64,000 nucleotides of DNA from a virus, in IMG/VR virus record IMGVR_UViG_3300043427_001796. One strand, given 5' to 3'. The notes under the pieces were generated by a model that had not been told where the DNA came from, searched no databases, and was given only the letters and a program-made list of their open reading frames with translations. The position numbers and the translations under genes were made by a program. This document shows, piece after piece, positions 10,233-20,306 of the stretch (the first letter of the stretch is position 1; the number at the start of each line of letters is the position of its first letter).

Positions 10233-11306
10233 ATGGCAACGCATTACAATAATGTCAAATCGATGAAATCTTGCTCCATAGGAACTATAATTCCATGGGC
10301 TGGTAACATAAGTAGCATTCCACCTGGGTGGTTAAAATGTGATGGTGCTACAATCTCACCACAAGATTTTCCTCTGTTGTATGAAATAATCGGTACTCGC
10401 TACGGTGGTGATGGTATCACATTCAATTTACCTCAACTTTTATCTAAAGCAATTGCTGACTTCCATCCAAATCATCAGAATATATCTGGATTGGGAATGT
10501 CCAGTAACTTTGCGGCAAGAATAGGTACGGATACTGCTAATAGCACTGCTGGCACTGTATCTAATATAGATTTAAGATTTGGTATTTCTACGAGAAATAC
10601 TTTTAGTGCGTCTGTAACTGGAATAGGTATTAATCCTCCGTCTTATGGAGAAAGTGTATCTATTATTCCTAGATTGATGGGAGATCACCATATGGGTGGT
10701 CATAGTCATACATCTCAAAATGGATATAGTTCCGTTGGTCCGGCTTCTCAATGGGTTGAGCGTTGTCAAGGTGGTGAATTGACTAATTGTGGATTCTTTT
10801 GTCCTGATGATTGTGAAAATGTTTCTTTCTATACTTCCGAATCAAACTCAAACGCTGAATTTGATCGATCATCATATGTCATCCCGGAATCAGCATCTGG
10901 TAATAATTTGGGGTATAATTTACAATCTGGCGGAGCTAGTAGAAATGAATACGCTACTGGTCAATTAGAAGCATCAAATATTTCTGGAGTTAGAAATTTT
11001 TTACAACCTTCAGATGATACATTAGAGTCAAATAATACTGGAAATGGTGGTAGATTTGGATATCCAGTTGCATTAAATCATCCAGAAGTTAATTTTGTTA
11101 GTAGGGCATTAGGACATACACATGATTCTGTTGATTTTACAATAACTATTGGCAGTGTAAGGACTCCAAATACTATAAGTATTAACACTATTGGAACTGG
11201 AAATGTTACTCCAATCAATGAGGGCACAGAACAAATAGCAACAATACGAGTAGATAATATAGACACACCTTCATTATCCATAATCCACATTATAAGGGCA
11301 TACTAA
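10233..11306 (+). CDS. tail collar domain protein (short tail fibre-like)
   Basis: IGTIIPWAG...PPGWLKCDG...YGGDG..FNLP collar motif, HxH motifs (GHSH, GHTH), ends HIIRAY. Confidence 0.85.
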   Translation: MATHYNNVKSMKSCSIGTIIPWAGNISSIPPGWLKCDGATISPQDFPLLYEIIGTRYGGDGITFNLPQLLSKAIADFHPNHQNISGLGMSSNFAARIGTDTANSTAGTVSNIDLRFGISTRNTFSASVTGIGINPPSYGESVSIIPRLMGDHHMGGHSHTSQNGYSSVGPASQWVERCQGGELTNCGFFCPDDCENVSFYTSESNSNAEFDRSSYVIPESASGNNLGYNLQSGGASRNEYATGQLEASNISGVRNFLQPSDDTLESNNTGNGGRFGYPVALNHPEVNFVSRALGHTHDSVDFTITIGSVRTPNTISINTIGTGNVTPINEGTEQIATIRVDNIDTPSLSIIHIIRAY

Positions 11307-11308
11307 AA

Positions 11309-12184
11309 ATGGCAAAAAATTATTCGTTTGAGAAGGGAAAATACGGAATAGTTACTGGAACCATAATGCCATTTGGTAGATATCTAGATGGAACAAATCC
11401 TGAAGGAACTGATTGGGTTAATTATGTCCCCGCAGGATTTTTAAGGTGCAATGGATTAATTTACAAGGCCAGAGATTTTAGAGCTCTAGCAGAAATATTG
11501 GGAATTGGATCTGATTGTAAATTTGCTAAAGAAGGATTCTCATTAGAAGAGGCTAATGATGATTTAACTTTGGGACAATTTCAGTTGCCAGATTTGGGAT
11601 CAAAATATGTAAAAGCATCTAATGCAAGTGGAATTTATGATAATTTGGTAATTTTAAATCCAAATACTGGTGTTGAAACTACTAGAGTTGGTTTGGAAGT
11701 TGAAATGAGTTTAAATAGAGGTGAAGAAATTGAAACTTTTTTCTCTGGTGAGTTTGCTGTTCCTCAGACAGAAGTTCCATTCCCTGCTACTCAAAATTTC
11801 GGAACAACACTTTCCGGTCAAGTTCCTGCTACTGCATTTCAGCAAGATAATCTTCTACCACATGGACATTATTCTAACGCTGCTGTTGTTCGTAGCGGTC
11901 CATTTTCGGCCCAAGTGGCAACATGGCCTGGCGATTTAAAAGCTGGATACTATTCTGATCAAGTAGAGACTCAAACTGCACTAGGAGGAAGTGCTACTGG
12001 TGTAAGTCATAATCATAGTCTACAGAGATCTACAGTTAGCAGATCCACCACTCATAATATAAGCGCATTTGATCTTTCTGCTGATCAGATCGTTACGACA
12101 ACACGGATAAATATGGATAATACATTCAAAATGGATGATCTACAGCACAAATATATTCTAGTTGAATATTTAATTAAAACTTAA
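11309..12184 (+). CDS. tail collar domain protein
   Basis: GTIMPF...PAGFLRCNG...FQLPDLG, HGH/HNH motifs, ends YLIKT. Confidence 0.8.
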   Translation: MAKNYSFEKGKYGIVTGTIMPFGRYLDGTNPEGTDWVNYVPAGFLRCNGLIYKARDFRALAEILGIGSDCKFAKEGFSLEEANDDLTLGQFQLPDLGSKYVKASNASGIYDNLVILNPNTGVETTRVGLEVEMSLNRGEEIETFFSGEFAVPQTEVPFPATQNFGTTLSGQVPATAFQQDNLLPHGHYSNAAVVRSGPFSAQVATWPGDLKAGYYSDQVETQTALGGSATGVSHNHSLQRSTVSRSTTHNISAFDLSADQIVTTTRINMDNTFKMDDLQHKYILVEYLIKT

Positions 12185-12185
12185 A

Positions 12186-13304
12186 ATGGCAGTAAGATAT
12201 TCTAAACAGACACAAAAAACTGGTGCATCGATTGGAACTGTGATTTCAGTTCCAAAACCATCTACCTGGACAAATAGTAGTAATTTAGCAACTGAATCTT
12301 CAAATTGGAATATAGAAACACTGTATCCTGGGTGGTTAGAATGCGATGGTAGATTACTTAATGTTTCTGATTATCGAGCATTATATCAAGTCCTTGGTAA
12401 TACTTATGGTGGAACACAAAATTCTACATTTAGATTACCAGATTATAGATCTAAAAAATTAATGGGAACTGGAGTTCTTGATGGTAATATTGGTGCTGGA
12501 TTATCTTTAACTCCCGTCACCAATCCAACTGGAACTCCTGGAGGATCTATAGATACTCCAGGAACTCAAGGGGGATTATATAATGTAAGCACGGTCAGGC
12601 AATTACCTCCAGGGTCTGAAATTACTCCTGGAAGTCCTGGCAATCCAGTATCTATTGGTGGAAGTTCAGAAGATACTTTTGAATTGGGTAGTTTTTTTAC
12701 AACTGGATTTGATAAAACAACTACTGAAGTTGAGCCAAACTATAGTGGAACTGCATCTTTCAGTGCCGGAAGCTCAAATGGCACAGAACCTAGACTAGTA
12801 TCTGCAGCTCCAGTGCATGATCATGTTATGAGACATGTTCTCAGGAGTGATGATCAAGCATCTTCTGGTAGTCCCTACTATTCTGATGCTAGAGTTGGAT
12901 TTGTTAATAAAACTAATGGCACACCACTGACTTTTAGTAGAAGCGGATCTCCATTACGAGCTCATTCTCATTACATCACTTGGGGAACGGCAGCACCAGT
13001 ATCTTCATATGGTCATGATGAAGGTCCAGGTGGAGCTCTGTATAATGGAAATTTAAACCCAGCAAATCAGACTGCACACGATACTTTTGTTGCAAATCCA
13101 AGTAATAATTTAGGCACAACCATCAACAAAACAATTAATTTAGTTAATGATGCTGGTGTAAATTTGAATCCTGGTAATATAGTTATGAAAACTTCTTCCA
13201 GATCAGAGTTTGATGCTGCATTGAGTGTAAGGTTACAGGCCGCGGAAGAAATTCTGTTGATGAGTCCATATTTTCGTCTTAAATATATAATAAAAGCATA
13301 CTGA
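12186..13304 (+). CDS. tail collar domain protein
   Basis: IGTVISV...PGWLECDG...YGG....FRLPDYR, HDH/HSH motifs, ends YIIKAY. Confidence 0.85.
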   Translation: MAVRYSKQTQKTGASIGTVISVPKPSTWTNSSNLATESSNWNIETLYPGWLECDGRLLNVSDYRALYQVLGNTYGGTQNSTFRLPDYRSKKLMGTGVLDGNIGAGLSLTPVTNPTGTPGGSIDTPGTQGGLYNVSTVRQLPPGSEITPGSPGNPVSIGGSSEDTFELGSFFTTGFDKTTTEVEPNYSGTASFSAGSSNGTEPRLVSAAPVHDHVMRHVLRSDDQASSGSPYYSDARVGFVNKTNGTPLTFSRSGSPLRAHSHYITWGTAAPVSSYGHDEGPGGALYNGNLNPANQTAHDTFVANPSNNLGTTINKTINLVNDAGVNLNPGNIVMKTSSRSEFDAALSVRLQAAEEILLMSPYFRLKYIIKAY

Positions 13305-13311
13305 AAATACT

Positions 13312-13965
13312 ATGTCTATAATACCAATTAAACCTCCCGAGTTAATGGAGGGAAAATTTGATGATTTCATTGGAGTTTGGGAAGATCATGTTCCTAAATT
13401 TGTTTGTGATAAAGCCATTAAACATATCGATGAAGTTTTACTGAATTGTTCGACCAATCAATTACAACTTAACGATTCAATGGATATTGAACCCATGGAG
13501 GGGGACCGTCAATTCAAAACTAAAAATCTCGGTCGTCAAGATTATAGTGTAATGATTAATCATACTGCTGCGGCATTATGTAATGAATTTAATCAATATT
13601 TACACTCTTGCTTTCTAGATTATATTGATCAATATGGACAACTTGCAAATACACCATTAATTGCTACAGATTCTAAACTACAAAGAACTGAACCTATGGG
13701 TGGGTATCATGTTTGGCATTATGAAGATACTGGATATGATATGGCACAAAGAGTTTTGGTTTGGATGATATATTTAAATGATCTTCCGGAAGGTGAGGGC
13801 GAGACAGAGTTTTTATATCAAAAAAGAAGGATCAGACCCAAAAGAGGAACATGTGTAATTTGGCCTGCAGGATATACTCATGTGCATAGAGGTTTAACTG
13901 TTTATTCTCAGAATAAATATATATTGACGGGTTGGTATATAAACGCCCCAGTATTACGTTACTAA
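13312..13965 (+). CDS. 2OG-Fe(II) oxygenase
   Basis: HxE/D (WHYED), MIYLND..EGETEF, HVHRG, KYILTGW. Confidence 0.9.
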   Translation: MSIIPIKPPELMEGKFDDFIGVWEDHVPKFVCDKAIKHIDEVLLNCSTNQLQLNDSMDIEPMEGDRQFKTKNLGRQDYSVMINHTAAALCNEFNQYLHSCFLDYIDQYGQLANTPLIATDSKLQRTEPMGGYHVWHYEDTGYDMAQRVLVWMIYLNDLPEGEGETEFLYQKRRIRPKRGTCVIWPAGYTHVHRGLTVYSQNKYILTGWYINAPVLRY

Positions 13966-13979
13966 TAAACAAAATTAAT

Positions 13980-14945
13980 ATGGAAAACCCAGAAAGAGCA
14001 CCAGTTCTACAATTTTATCTTCGTGAAAAGAAGATATATTGGGGTGGAAATATGCATTTAGTTGACGAAGAATCTCTGAAAGAATTTATATCATCTATTG
14101 ATAAATCTATTTGGTCTGAAGATGACCAAATTGTATTCTTTAATTGGTATAATGACGAAACTTTTTCTTGTGAAAAGGAAAAAAATGCCTATGATTATAG
14201 GTTACAGAAAAAGGTTCCAGTAATGTATAATGCAAATCTTACTCCAGAACAGGGATTTAATTTATATAATAAATTTTTGAATCTTTATGAAGAAGTAAGA
14301 ATAAAATTTTTACGAAATTCTAAAGAAGAAGTAAAAAAACAAATTGTTCAGCAATTCGATTTTATTGTTGCAAATTTGAGAGGATTAAGATCAAGTTTGC
14401 TCTCAAAATCAGATTGGACTCAGATTCCAGATGTCCCGTTGGATGAAGACGTTAAAATTATGTGGTCAAAATATAGACAAACTCTTAGGGATGTTACAAA
14501 AAATCCTAATTGGAGTAATGAAAATATCCTAAACATTGAGTTTCCAATAGATCCAGAAAATTATTTACTAAGATATCCAAATAAAGATGTTGAGTATCTT
14601 TCTACTCCAGATCAGTTTGAAAATCATGCTTTAATGCTAACAAAAGTAAAACTTTTAAAATTTGCTACGTATATATCTTTACCCATGGACGAAGATCTTA
14701 ATTTACTTTCTTATAGTGAATTGAAGGAAAAAATTACCAAAGCAATTCAAAAAATTGATAAAAATTTGGAACTTACAATTAATTATAAAACTGGATACAT
14801 GGGAGCTTGTTCAGATAGTGCAACTAACTTACAATCTGGATTAACTGATGAAGCTAGGGAAGTTCTATCTGAATTACTTCAAAAAAATCCAGAGGTTTAC
14901 TACCACGACGCTGCAACACAAGCACTAAATAAAATTTCGGAATAA
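13980..14945 (+). CDS. tail fibre assembly chaperone domain protein
   Basis: RSSLLSKSDWTQIPDVPL...WSKYRQTLRD...FP motif; start re-called at ATG 13980. Confidence 0.8.
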   Translation: MENPERAPVLQFYLREKKIYWGGNMHLVDEESLKEFISSIDKSIWSEDDQIVFFNWYNDETFSCEKEKNAYDYRLQKKVPVMYNANLTPEQGFNLYNKFLNLYEEVRIKFLRNSKEEVKKQIVQQFDFIVANLRGLRSSLLSKSDWTQIPDVPLDEDVKIMWSKYRQTLRDVTKNPNWSNENILNIEFPIDPENYLLRYPNKDVEYLSTPDQFENHALMLTKVKLLKFATYISLPMDEDLNLLSYSELKEKITKAIQKIDKNLELTINYKTGYMGACSDSATNLQSGLTDEAREVLSELLQKNPEVYYHDAATQALNKISE

Positions 14946-14954
14946 CTAATCATT

Positions 14955-15638
14955 ATGTTTCATACATTAACTCTTTTGAATGAACAGAATATTCAAAAAT
15001 TAAATTCTCTTTATGATGCTGCTGAATTTAAAGCAGGTCTTATGACAAAGGTTGAATTTGTGCCACAAATTAAAAATAATCTAGAAATGACAAGAGGTGA
15101 AGGATATTTTACCGAAAGTGAAAAAATTATAGTATCATCAGTTGCTGAAAATTATGATTTTCAGGAGTATACAGCACTGAGAAAATACGGACCCATTTTA
15201 TTTTCTCAGTATACTAGCGGTATGTATTATCACAAGCACAATGATTATTACAAAATGGGATCTGTTAGAACAGATTATAGTTGTACAGTTTTTCTGTCTA
15301 ATCCAGATGAGTATTCTGGTGGTGAGTTGATGATTGATATCGGCAATAAAGAAATCCCTTTTAAATTGGATGCCGGAGATGCTATAATATACCCAACTGG
15401 TTATACACATAGAGTAAATGAAGTTACATCTGGAGTAAGACGTGTTTGCGTATTTTGGATCGAATCTACTATTCAAAACAGTGTTTTGAGGCAAATTAAT
15501 TCAGATATGCATGGTATTATGAAAAATTACGCTGTTCCTGATAATTGGAAGGAAAAGCAACCAGAATTGTATGAAAATTTTGTTAAAATTAAATTTAATT
15601 TACTAAGAAACTTTGGAAATTTTGAGGGAATGAACTAA
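14955..15638 (+). CDS. PKHD-type (PiuC/YbiX-like) Fe(II)/2OG hydroxylase
   Basis: YHKHND...RTDYSCTVFLSNPDEYSGGEL...HRVNEVTSGVR...WIES, NLLR. Confidence 0.9.
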   Translation: MFHTLTLLNEQNIQKLNSLYDAAEFKAGLMTKVEFVPQIKNNLEMTRGEGYFTESEKIIVSSVAENYDFQEYTALRKYGPILFSQYTSGMYYHKHNDYYKMGSVRTDYSCTVFLSNPDEYSGGELMIDIGNKEIPFKLDAGDAIIYPTGYTHRVNEVTSGVRRVCVFWIESTIQNSVLRQINSDMHGIMKNYAVPDNWKEKQPELYENFVKIKFNLLRNFGNFEGMN

Positions 15639-15976
15639 TGGAAAATTTAAGAATTTCTGATCTAATCAGCGATTATTGCATCAAAAATAGAGTAAGTTTA
15701 GTCTATTATGAAATTAAATATTCAACGATAGAAGAAAGGGAAAAGATATGTGATTTCTATGACGATAAAGTTGATATGGAATTTATCAATGCAATGAGAA
15801 ATGATGATGATTGTTTTTTCTCTTTCTCTAATGCATTAACAGCTGTTGAAATTGCGGAAATGAATTTCCCAACCAAGAGAGAAATATTGGGAATGACCAA
15901 TGACTTACTTTTATATGTTTTTTGTTGTGTTTATGATGAAAATGGTAATTTCCTCTGGGATAACTCTTTAGAATGA
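15638..15976 (+). CDS. hypothetical protein
   Basis: Start/stop overlaps with both neighbours. Confidence 0.75.
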   Translation: MENLRISDLISDYCIKNRVSLVYYEIKYSTIEEREKICDFYDDKVDMEFINAMRNDDDCFFSFSNALTAVEIAEMNFPTKREILGMTNDLLLYVFCCVYDENGNFLWDNSLE

Positions 15977-16467
15977 TAAAAGCTTTTGAAAATGTATTTT
16001 GTGACCAGCAACGTGATGAAATACAAAATTATTTGAGATCATCTTCCTGGCGTTATGGACATGTCAGTAAATCGGGAGATGACAACAAGAAATTTTGGAT
16101 TATGAATCTAAATGATCATGATTTTTTCACTAAACATTTGTTTGGATGCATAAAAGATCTAATTCAAATGGATGTTACTCTCTTGAATGTTTATGCTAAT
16201 GGTCAAACATACGGACAATCTGGATCGTGGCATTTAGATTCTAATTCAAGCAATGAATATACTTTTTTGTTTTATGCAAATCCTCACTGGAACGTTAGTT
16301 GGGGAGGGGAGACGGTGTTTAATTTAAATAATGCATTATATTATTTTATACCAAAACCAAATACTGGACTATTATTTCCTGCAAATATTTGGCACTATGC
16401 AAAGTCTCCAGAAAAAGATTTTTTTGATCTGAGAACTACAATAGCTTTTAAGCTGAAATTAGCGTAA
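15973..16467 (+). CDS. 2OG-Fe(II) oxygenase (prolyl-hydroxylase-like)
   Basis: WHLD, YANPHW...WGGET, FPANIWH, LRTTIAFK. Confidence 0.88.
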   Translation: MIKAFENVFCDQQRDEIQNYLRSSSWRYGHVSKSGDDNKKFWIMNLNDHDFFTKHLFGCIKDLIQMDVTLLNVYANGQTYGQSGSWHLDSNSSNEYTFLFYANPHWNVSWGGETVFNLNNALYYFIPKPNTGLLFPANIWHYAKSPEKDFFDLRTTIAFKLKLA

Positions 16468-16474
16468 TGGGATA

Positions 16475-16533
16475 GTGTGCAGTCTGCAAACTGGCACACA
16501 CCCCTTGACGTGGGCGGCAAATGACCCTATAGT
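16475..16533 (+). promoter_or_regulatory. early promoter cassette 1: palindromic box + TTGACG/TATAGT
   Basis: GTGTGCAG-N8-CTGGCAC, 7 nt, -35, 17 nt, -10. Confidence 0.85.
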
Positions 16534-16555
16534 ATGAAGACAAACGTGATTCGTT

Positions 16556-17809
16556 ATGAACCTCCGTCCCCACCAGCAACGTGCTCTCGCCGCTATGGAG
16601 AAGCATAACACGGGTCGTATTATCATCCCTACGGGTGGTGGTAAGACTCTGATTGCTATTGAGGATCTCAAGCGTCGTCTGCTCGCTTCTGATGCCCCTA
16701 AGACTGCTGTAATCGTTGCTCCCCGCATTCTGCTTGCTAACCAACTCTGCGAAGAGTTCTGGTCTGCTCTGAATGGTGATGTTCATGCTGCTGTGGGTCA
16801 CGTTCACAGCGGTGAGACTGATCACTTTCACAGCACCAAACCTGCTGTAATTCGTGGTTTCAACGATGTCACTCTGAACGCTGGTCTTCACTGCCTGCTG
16901 TTCACCACCTATCAGTCTCTCAATCGTATTGTTGAGAGTGAGATTGATGTGGACTTCGTTTACTTTGACGAGGCACATAACAGCGTTCGTCGTGATTTCT
17001 TCCCGACTGTTGCTGACGTTGCTGGTAACGCCACCAACGCTTATTTCTTCACTGCTACGCCTAAGTATCACAACAATCCTTATGCCAATGGTATGAACAA
17101 TACCATGGTGTATGGTGAGGAACTGATCAGTGTGCCTGCTCCTGAACTGATTGAGAACGGCAGCATTCTTCCTCCTACCATCAAGTCGCACAAAGTAGAC
17201 TTTGCTCGCCAAAAGTCTCTTGCCGCAGCTGACAATGACAAGCAAGTTCTGCTTGACATTATTGACGAACTGGATGACGAACATGCCCAGAAGATTCTGG
17301 TTGCTGCTCCTAACACTAAAGTTCTGTGGCGTCTGCTGACCAAGACTGATGTGATCTCTCACTTCACTGCTCATGGTTACAACGTGCTTCATATCACTGC
17401 GAAGCATGGTGCCTATGTCAATGGTCAGAAAGTTGGTCGTGAGGTGTTTTTTAACACTATGACCAAGTGGGGCGAAGATCCTACTATCAAGATGATCATC
17501 TTCCACTACAGCATTCTTGCTGAGGGTATCAATTGCCCTGGTCTCACTCACACCATCCTGCTGCGTTGTCTGCCCGTCATTGAGATGGCACAGACCATTG
17601 GGCGTGTGATTCGTCTTGACCGCCGTGATGCTGCTGATATTGCCTCTGGCAAGATTGCTGCTGGTGCGTGTGAGTTCTATCGTAAGAAGACTGGTTTCGT
17701 GACTGTGCCTGTGTTCGCCAACTATGGTCAGCGCACTGAGAAGCGTCTTCAAGCGATCATTGAGAACATCTTCATCAAAGGTATCGCTGCTACCGAATAT
17801 TCCATCTGA
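16556..17809 (+). CDS. superfamily 2 (DEAH / type III Res-like) helicase
   Basis: LRPHQ Q-motif, PTGGGKT, DEAH, FTATP, LAEGIN, QTIGRVIR. Confidence 0.92.
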   Translation: MNLRPHQQRALAAMEKHNTGRIIIPTGGGKTLIAIEDLKRRLLASDAPKTAVIVAPRILLANQLCEEFWSALNGDVHAAVGHVHSGETDHFHSTKPAVIRGFNDVTLNAGLHCLLFTTYQSLNRIVESEIDVDFVYFDEAHNSVRRDFFPTVADVAGNATNAYFFTATPKYHNNPYANGMNNTMVYGEELISVPAPELIENGSILPPTIKSHKVDFARQKSLAAADNDKQVLLDIIDELDDEHAQKILVAAPNTKVLWRLLTKTDVISHFTAHGYNVLHITAKHGAYVNGQKVGREVFFNTMTKWGEDPTIKMIIFHYSILAEGINCPGLTHTILLRCLPVIEMAQTIGRVIRLDRRDAADIASGKIAAGACEFYRKKTGFVTVPVFANYGQRTEKRLQAIIENIFIKGIAATEYSI

Positions 17810-17819
17810 TTTTATCACC

Positions 17820-18014
17820 ATGACATACTACAAACCATATACACCTGAGTGGAATCGTCAGAGGTATCTGCGAGAAGCACTTTACACATACATTGAGGAT
17901 GGTGTTGATACTGATACTATTCTTCAAGAGATCTGTGATATTGTTTATGAACGCTCTGAGCAATCATATCAGGACTTTGCTAAGTGTAATGATCTAGCAG
18001 AACGATTTAAGTGA
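17820..18014 (+). CDS. hypothetical cyanophage protein
   Basis: ORF from ATG 17820 (MTYYKPYTPEW...). Confidence 0.7.
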   Translation: MTYYKPYTPEWNRQRYLREALYTYIEDGVDTDTILQEICDIVYERSEQSYQDFAKCNDLAERFK

Positions 18015-18020
18015 CCCGTG

Positions 18021-18027
18021 CTAAATA
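18021..18027 (+). promoter_or_regulatory. probable late promoter variant CTAAATA
   Basis: Intergenic, ~20 nt before GGAG SD + ATG 18048; heads the cluster containing cp12 and pebS. Confidence 0.55.
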
Positions 18028-18047
18028 ACCCTATATGGAGATTACAT

Positions 18048-18368
18048 ATGCTCTCTACGCAATATCGCCTTCGTCTGGAAGGTATTGGTAAGAAGATTGC
18101 GCTTCATGAGGAAGTCAGTCTGGAAGACATGATCTGGGCAGAGAAATTGGCAAAAGCAAATCGCTCTGCTGCTACCATACTCCGTCAGGCAAGAAGAAGG
18201 GCAGAGAATCCTGATATGGTGGAGGGTGATCTAGATGACTTTCTAAATCAGCTGGATATTGGTGGAACAGGACATGAATCCAAGGGAATTAGTGGATTCA
18301 ATAGTGTAGATGAGATTGCCGATTGGTTCAAGCAAGATAAACCCGAAGACTGGAGGCAGCGTGACTGA
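18048..18368 (+). CDS. conserved hypothetical cyanophage protein (MLSTQYRLRLE...)
   Basis: SD GGAG; ORF track. Confidence 0.8.
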   Translation: MLSTQYRLRLEGIGKKIALHEEVSLEDMIWAEKLAKANRSAATILRQARRRAENPDMVEGDLDDFLNQLDIGGTGHESKGISGFNSVDEIADWFKQDKPEDWRQRD

Positions 18369-18588
18369 ATTTTACTACTACGCATTACTCACCATATTTG
18401 CTGTTGTAGTGTATATGATGGCAGTTGATGAGAATGTTGGTAAGTGGATTCTGTTACAAGTTCAGTTGATCCGTATCAATATCATCAAACGCTGGTTTGT
18501 CTTGACATTAGGCATCCGTATACGCTATGATAACTACAAACTCAAACGTGCTCTAGAGAAGATACGAAAAGACTACAACATTAAGTAA
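18361..18588 (+). CDS. hypothetical membrane protein
   Basis: GTG start after GGAGG; N-terminal hydrophobic helix. Confidence 0.7.
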   Translation: MTEFYYYALLTIFAVVVYMMAVDENVGKWILLQVQLIRINIIKRWFVLTLGIRIRYDNYKLKRALEKIRKDYNIK

Positions 18589-18589
18589 T

Positions 18590-18805
18590 ATGAATGAAGA
18601 AGATTTTTGGATTGATGATTGCTTTCGTGTCCAGCAGAGTAGATGGGGAACATGGAACAGCTATCTTAAAGATGGCACAGCAGTGATTCTTTCTCTCACC
18701 AAGCATCATTGTGTTCATGCTACACGATGGTATCTGAAGGGCAAGCAAGAAGGATTTAACGAGCCGCTCAAAACTCATGATGGAATTGTAGGAGGTAAAC
18801 TCTAA
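18590..18805 (+). CDS. hypothetical protein (ends VGGKL)
   Basis: ORF track; tight packing. Confidence 0.75.
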   Translation: MNEEDFWIDDCFRVQQSRWGTWNSYLKDGTAVILSLTKHHCVHATRWYLKGKQEGFNEPLKTHDGIVGGKL

Positions 18806-19011
18806 TGGCGTTATCACAATCAGTTACCGATTCTTTAAAGGAAGCAGAGTATTCTCTGAGAAATGCTCTAGCATATGCTGCGAGAACAGAGAGACCGTCA
18901 ACAGCAAAAAACATTGCTGAGTTGATACATAATATTGATATGTTGATTCGCACTGATGAATTACTAGATCATATTGATGACATGAAGCAATCACTTAAAG
19001 ACAATAACTAA
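18805..19011 (+). CDS. hypothetical protein (SLRNALAYAAR)
   Basis: SD GGAGG, TAATG overlap. Confidence 0.8.
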   Translation: MALSQSVTDSLKEAEYSLRNALAYAARTERPSTAKNIAELIHNIDMLIRTDELLDHIDDMKQSLKDNN

Positions 19012-19012
19012 A

Positions 19013-19222
19013 ATGGACATCCATACACATATTGAAAAAGACAGACAAATTTTAGGAGATCCTATGGTATCTTCTCAGTCTCGCCGTCATGTTGAAGAAG
19101 AATTAGAGTCTCTGGAGCGTTATGCTGCTTCTCATCCAGACGATGAGCATGACCCAACTGCTCTAGAACTCTATTGTAACGATAATCCGGAAGCATTGGA
19201 ATGTAAAGTTTATGACGTGTGA
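19013..19222 (+). CDS. cp12: phage CP12 Calvin-cycle inhibitor
   Basis: C-terminal LELYCNDNPEALECKVYD with the CP12 Cys pair. Confidence 0.93.
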   Translation: MDIHTHIEKDRQILGDPMVSSQSRRHVEEELESLERYAASHPDDEHDPTALELYCNDNPEALECKVYDV

Positions 19223-19259
19223 AATTGATCCATCTTTGAACACTTACCCACATAATTAC

Positions 19260-19526
19260 ATGGAAAAGACTTATCAATCTGTTCGCAAAGATCGTCTTGT
19301 TGATGTCATTGGTGATTATCTCACTGATGAAGAATGTTCAGCAGAACAATTCTATAACGAATTAGTTGGTGAAATTGATACCTGGATTGAATATCATCGT
19401 AAATTCCTTGAGAAGGCTAAACTTGTCAAGAAAATGGTAAATGGTCATCGCCCACTGACTTTTGAAGATGACACCATCACCAACTATAGTCCACAATATC
19501 TTGCTGAAGATATTCTCGCGCTGTGA
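19260..19526 (+). CDS. hypothetical protein
   Basis: ORF; likely start at ATG 19260. Confidence 0.7.
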   Translation: MEKTYQSVRKDRLVDVIGDYLTDEECSAEQFYNELVGEIDTWIEYHRKFLEKAKLVKKMVNGHRPLTFEDDTITNYSPQYLAEDILAL

Positions 19527-20143
19527 AAAACCTCTGGAAAAACTATAAGCAAGCAATTCACGATACCTTCCCAGAACTCAAACAAGTAGAACTCTGGAAT
19601 CACTGGGAAGGTAAGATGACGATGGATGCTTATGTCTATCGTGGTGGTCATTTCATGCGAACTAGAGAAGCACTGGTCCGCAATGATACTACAGACATTT
19701 ACAATCATGTGCTGTATCCCTACACTGGCAAGAATACACCATGCTTCAGTGTAGACTTGATGGGATTCTTTGAGAACAAAGTGATCATCGTATTTGATTT
19801 CCAGCATCCTGTAGAGAACTATAAGTTCAGTGTTGGTGATAGACTACCCAAAGACACTGGTAAATATAGATTTTTTGAGATGGGAAATCATTTTAGTGAG
19901 CATATCTTTGTTCGCAAATGTACAATGTCAGAGGTTGATAACTATCTGGATGATTTTGTATCTTATTTGTCAGTATACAAGGAAATAGTTTATAACGATG
20001 CTCCTTTTAGTATAGATACATCAGCATACAAAGATTTTGACTCATATATGCGTAAACTTGACCCCATTTCTGGGTATATGAATAACATTTACGACAAAGA
20101 TAAGTCTAAATCATTTGTTGAAGAGTTCCTATTCATTTACTAG
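19523..20143 (+). CDS. pebS: phycoerythrobilin synthase (ferredoxin-dependent bilin reductase)
   Basis: DIYN.VLYP.TG...PCF..DLM....KVIIVFDFQHP, GKYRFFEMGNHFS, DFDSYM..LDP, FLF; closely matches phage PebS as recalled. Confidence 0.93.
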   Translation: MKNLWKNYKQAIHDTFPELKQVELWNHWEGKMTMDAYVYRGGHFMRTREALVRNDTTDIYNHVLYPYTGKNTPCFSVDLMGFFENKVIIVFDFQHPVENYKFSVGDRLPKDTGKYRFFEMGNHFSEHIFVRKCTMSEVDNYLDDFVSYLSVYKEIVYNDAPFSIDTSAYKDFDSYMRKLDPISGYMNNIYDKDKSKSFVEEFLFIY

Positions 20144-20144
20144 T

Positions 20145-20306
20145 ATGACTAAACCAAACTGGGATCAACTTAAAAGTGTACTATCCACAGAAGAATGTGG
20201 AATGATGAAAGAATTATACAAACGACTAGAAGACTTAGAAGACAAGATTGACATATCTTGCGATGATATTAAAAAGTATGGTGGCAGTTCGCAAACTGGC
20301 ACATAA
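20145..20306 (+). CDS. hypothetical protein; C-terminus encoded by promoter box 2
   Basis: ORF from ATG 20145. Confidence 0.55.
   Translation: MTKPNWDQLKSVLSTEECGMMKELYKRLEDLEDKIDISCDDIKKYGGSSQTGT

Noticed and set aside
450-13304. Diversity-generating retroelement or invertible tail-fibre switch
   Set aside because: No reverse transcriptase or invertase, and no TR/VR pair or inverted fibre segments seen
16448-17821. 457-aa minus-strand ORF
   Set aside because: Antisense shadow of the helicase caused by codon bias; no motifs
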